A DNA stretch of 64,000 bases from Mobula hypostoma (taxonomy: Eukaryota). The stretch is from contig NC_086097.1 in the NCBI RefSeq assembly GCF_963921235.1, positions 198,216,001 to 198,280,000 on the forward strand, written 5' to 3'. Position numbers and translations under genes: made by a program. Below the pieces are notes generated by a model. That model saw only the letters and a list, made by a program, of their open reading frames with translations. It did not search any database and was not told the DNA's origin. Shown piece by piece: positions 60,906 to 64,000 of this stretch; the first letter of the stretch is position 1; each line of letters opens with the position of its first letter.

Positions 60906-63110
60906 TGTGCTTTGACTGGGACTCACATATTGTAAAATGACTAGATGGGATAGAGGTTGTGAAATGTTTTCAGGAAAGTTTCTGTAATCAGAAAATAGAT
61001 GTCCCAACGAGAGAATATGTGATACTGGTTCTGCTATTAGGGAAAGAGACAGGGCAAAGAACAACTTGCACCTAGCTTCTTTCCAACTGTGATAAGATTG
61101 CCGAACGGATCCTGACCTGGATCTGGGCCGCACCCTCCAAATATCTGGACCTGCCTCTATGTTTTTTTGCACTACATTACTTTCCATTTTTCTATTTTCT
61201 ATTTTCTATTTATGATTTATAATTTAAATTTTTAATTTTTACCATCGATTTGTAATCCAGGGAGCGGGAAGCGCAGAATCAAATATCGCTGTGATGATTG
61301 TATGTTCTAGTATCAATTATTTGGCGACAGTAAAGTACAAAGTATAAAGTAGTGATCACAATGCCATTAGTTTCAGAAATAAGTATGGAAAAAGGTTGGT
61401 CTGGTCCATGGGTTGAGATTCTAATTTGGAGAAATGCCAGTTTTGATCATATGAGAAAGTATCTGGCAAGTGTGGACTGGGGCAGATTGTTTTCTGGCAA
61501 AAATGTACTTGGTAAGTGGGAGACCTTCAAAAGTGATTTTTTTGAGAATACAAAGCTTGTATGTGCCTGTTAGAATAAAAGATAAGGATAATGGGTGTAG
61601 AGTACCTTGGTTTTCAAGAGATATTGATACCCTAGTTAAGAAAAAAAAGAGGGGCCAGCAGGTATAGGCAGGTAGGAACAAATGAGGTGCTTATGGAGTA
61701 TATGAAATTCAAGAGAACACTTCAGAAAGAAATCAGGAGGGCTAAAAGAAGGAATGAGTTTGCTCTAGCAGACAATGTGAAAGAGAATCCCAAGGCATTC
61801 TATGATATGTAAAGAGCAAAAGGATTGCAAGGGACAAAATTGGTCCTCTGGAAGATCAGAATGGTAATCCATGTGTGGAGCCAAGGCAGATAGGGGGAAA
61901 TCTATATATATATACTTGCATCTGTATTTACTCAGGAGATGGGCAGAGAGTCTATAGAAGTGAGGCAAAGCACTATCAACTTCATGGACCCTGTACAAAT
62001 TACAGAGGAGGAAGTGATTGCTGTCCTGAGGCAAATTAAGGTGTATAAATCCACAGGGCCTGACACAGTGTTCCCTCAAAGGGAAGTGCAGAAATTGACA
62101 GGGCCCCAGCAGAGATATTTACATCATCCTTAGCGGCAAGTGAGGTATCAGAGGATTGGAGGATAGCCAAAGTTGCTCTGCTATTCTAGAATGGCTCAAA
62201 AATTAAACCAGGAAATTATAGGCCGGTGAGCCTGACATCACCAGAAAGCTATTGTAAGTATTCTGGGAGACCGGAAATACAAGTATTTGGATAGACATGG
62301 ACTGATTAAGGATAGCCAGTATGGCTTCGTGCGTGGTAGTTCGGGTCTAACCAATCTTAAAAAGTTTTTTTTAGGATATTTACCAGAAACATTGTTGAAG
62401 GCAAGACAGTGGATGTTGTCTACATGGACTTTAGCAAGGCATTTGACAAGATCCTGCATAGGAGTTTGGTCAAGAAGGTTCAGTTGCTTGGCATTCAAGA
62501 TGAGGTAGTAAATTGGATTAGAAATTGGGTTTGTGGGAGAAGCTAGGGAGTGGAAGTAGATGTTGCCTCTGGAGTAGACTGGAGACCTGTGCTGCAGGGA
62601 TTGGTGCTAAGTCCATTGTTTGTTTGTCAGCTATGCCAGTGATCTGGTTGATAATGTGATTAACTGTATTAGTAAATTTGTGGATGACACCAACACTGGG
62701 GGTGCAGTGGACAGTGAGGAAGGCTATCAGTGCTTAAGTTAGGACTTTATTCCTTGGAATGTAGAAGATGACAGGAGATTTGACAGAGGTATACAAAATT
62801 TTGAGGGGTTTGATCGGGGTAAATTCAAGCAGGCTTTTTCCACTGAGGTTGGGTGGGACTACAACCAGAGGTCATGGGTTAAGGATGAAAGCTGGAAAGT
62901 TTAATGGGGAACATGAGGGGAAATTCCTTCACTCAGAGAGTTGTGAGACTGTTGAACAAGCTGCCAGTACAAATGGTGCATGCAAGCTCAATTTCAATGT
63001 CTAAGAGTAGTTTGGATAGGTACATGGATGGTAGGGGTATGGAGGGCTATGGGAGTATGCAGTTTAAATGGTTCAGCTTGGACTAGATAGATCAAAGAGC
63101 CTATGGCTCT
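60905..63110 (+). mobile_element. Decayed CR1 ORF2 fragments with a Rex-like 3' end inserted at ~61060-61350
   Basis: KSTGPD, NYRPVSLT, SQYGFVRGSS.LTNL and GNSFTQRVV..LNKLP. The insert ends in an (aaagtat)-type tail. Confidence 0.8.
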
Positions 63111-63184
63111 ATGATGTATCCAATGAATACCAGTACAGTAGATACTTTCACACAAGGAAAGCAGCAAACAGATTGCATACGGCA

Positions 63185-63644
63185 GAAACAAGAGAAAATC
63201 TGCCGATACCGGAAATCCAAGCAACACATGCAGAACGCTGGAGGAACTAAGCAGGGCAGACAGCATCTATGGAAAAGTGTGAACAGGCGATATTTCAGGC
63301 GAGACCCTTCATCAGGACTGGAGAAAAAAGATGAGAAGTCAGAGTAAGAAGGTGGGGCGGGGGGGAGGGAAGAAGTTCAAGGTCATAGGTGATAGGTGAA
63401 TCTGGGAGAGGAGAGCGGTGAAGTAAAGAGCTGAGAAATTGATTGGTGAAAGAGCTAAATGGCTGTAGAAGGGGGAAACTGATGGGAGAGGACAGAAGGC
63501 TATGAAAGAAAGGGAAGGGGAAGGAACACCAGAGGGAGTTGATGGGTGGGTAAGTATACCTCTTCCACCCTGTTTCTTGCAAAAAATTCCACCCACTTCT
63601 CAACTCCTCTGCCTTCACTGCATCTGCTCTCTGGATGAGGCTTT
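63185..63644. mobile_element. PLE fragment: minus-strand tail with degenerate hammerhead joined to a plus-strand RT-region fragment
   Basis: Reverse tail 63185-63551 includes tttcaggcgagacccttcatcaggact. 63557-63644 matches the HPVSCKN...ICSQDEAF coding region on plus. Confidence 0.75.
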
Positions 63645-64000
63645 GTGGCAAAGTTTGCGGATGAAACACAGATAGGTGGAGGGTTAGGTAGTGCTGAGGA
63701 AGCAATGCGATTGCAGCAGGACTTAGACAAATTGGAAGAATGGGCAAAAAAATGGAAGATGGAATACAGTGTTGGGAAATGTATGATAATGTATTTTGGG
63801 AAAAGGAACAGATTATTATCTAAATGGGGAGAAGTTTCAAACATCAGAAGTGCAGAAGAACTTAGGTGTCCTCATGTAAGACTCCCAGAAGGTAAAGAAG
63901 TTAAATGCAATGTTGGCATTTGTTTCAAAGGGAATAGAATATAAAAGCAAGGAGATAATGCTGAGGCTTTATAAGACACTTGTCGGGCTGCACTTGGAGT
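63640..64000 (+). mobile_element. CR1 RT fragment running off the window
   Basis: FVAKFADETQIGG...LQQDLDKLEEWAKKWKMEYSVGKC. Confidence 0.85.

Overview
Eukaryotic, repeat-saturated window. The repeat content (dominant CR1 LINEs with esterase-type ORF1, plus Penelope-like elements) suggests a cartilaginous fish; this is inference. Most of the window is nested, decayed transposable elements: CR1, L1/Tx1-like, Rex1/Babar-like, R4/Dong-like and HERO-like non-LTR elements, two Gypsy elements, a solo LTR and Tc1 remnants. They appear to sit in large introns of an unidentified + strand host gene, for which several small candidate exons are visible, three of them phase-compatible. The outstanding feature is a family of Penelope-like retroelements (RT + GIY-YIG). 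Their 3' ends carry minimal type-I hammerhead ribozyme motifs (CTGANGA...GAAA-C/T-GTC) followed by a conserved ~100-nt structured tail. They repeatedly occur as tail-out fold-back insertions flanked by 11-14 bp target-site duplications. The largest is a ~3.2 kb near-perfect palindrome (two ~1.6 kb arms, 10-nt spacer) inserted into an L1 ORF2. The smallest is a 137-bp insertion made only of the ribozyme motif and tail. All calls were made by eye; coordinates of decayed repeats are approximate.
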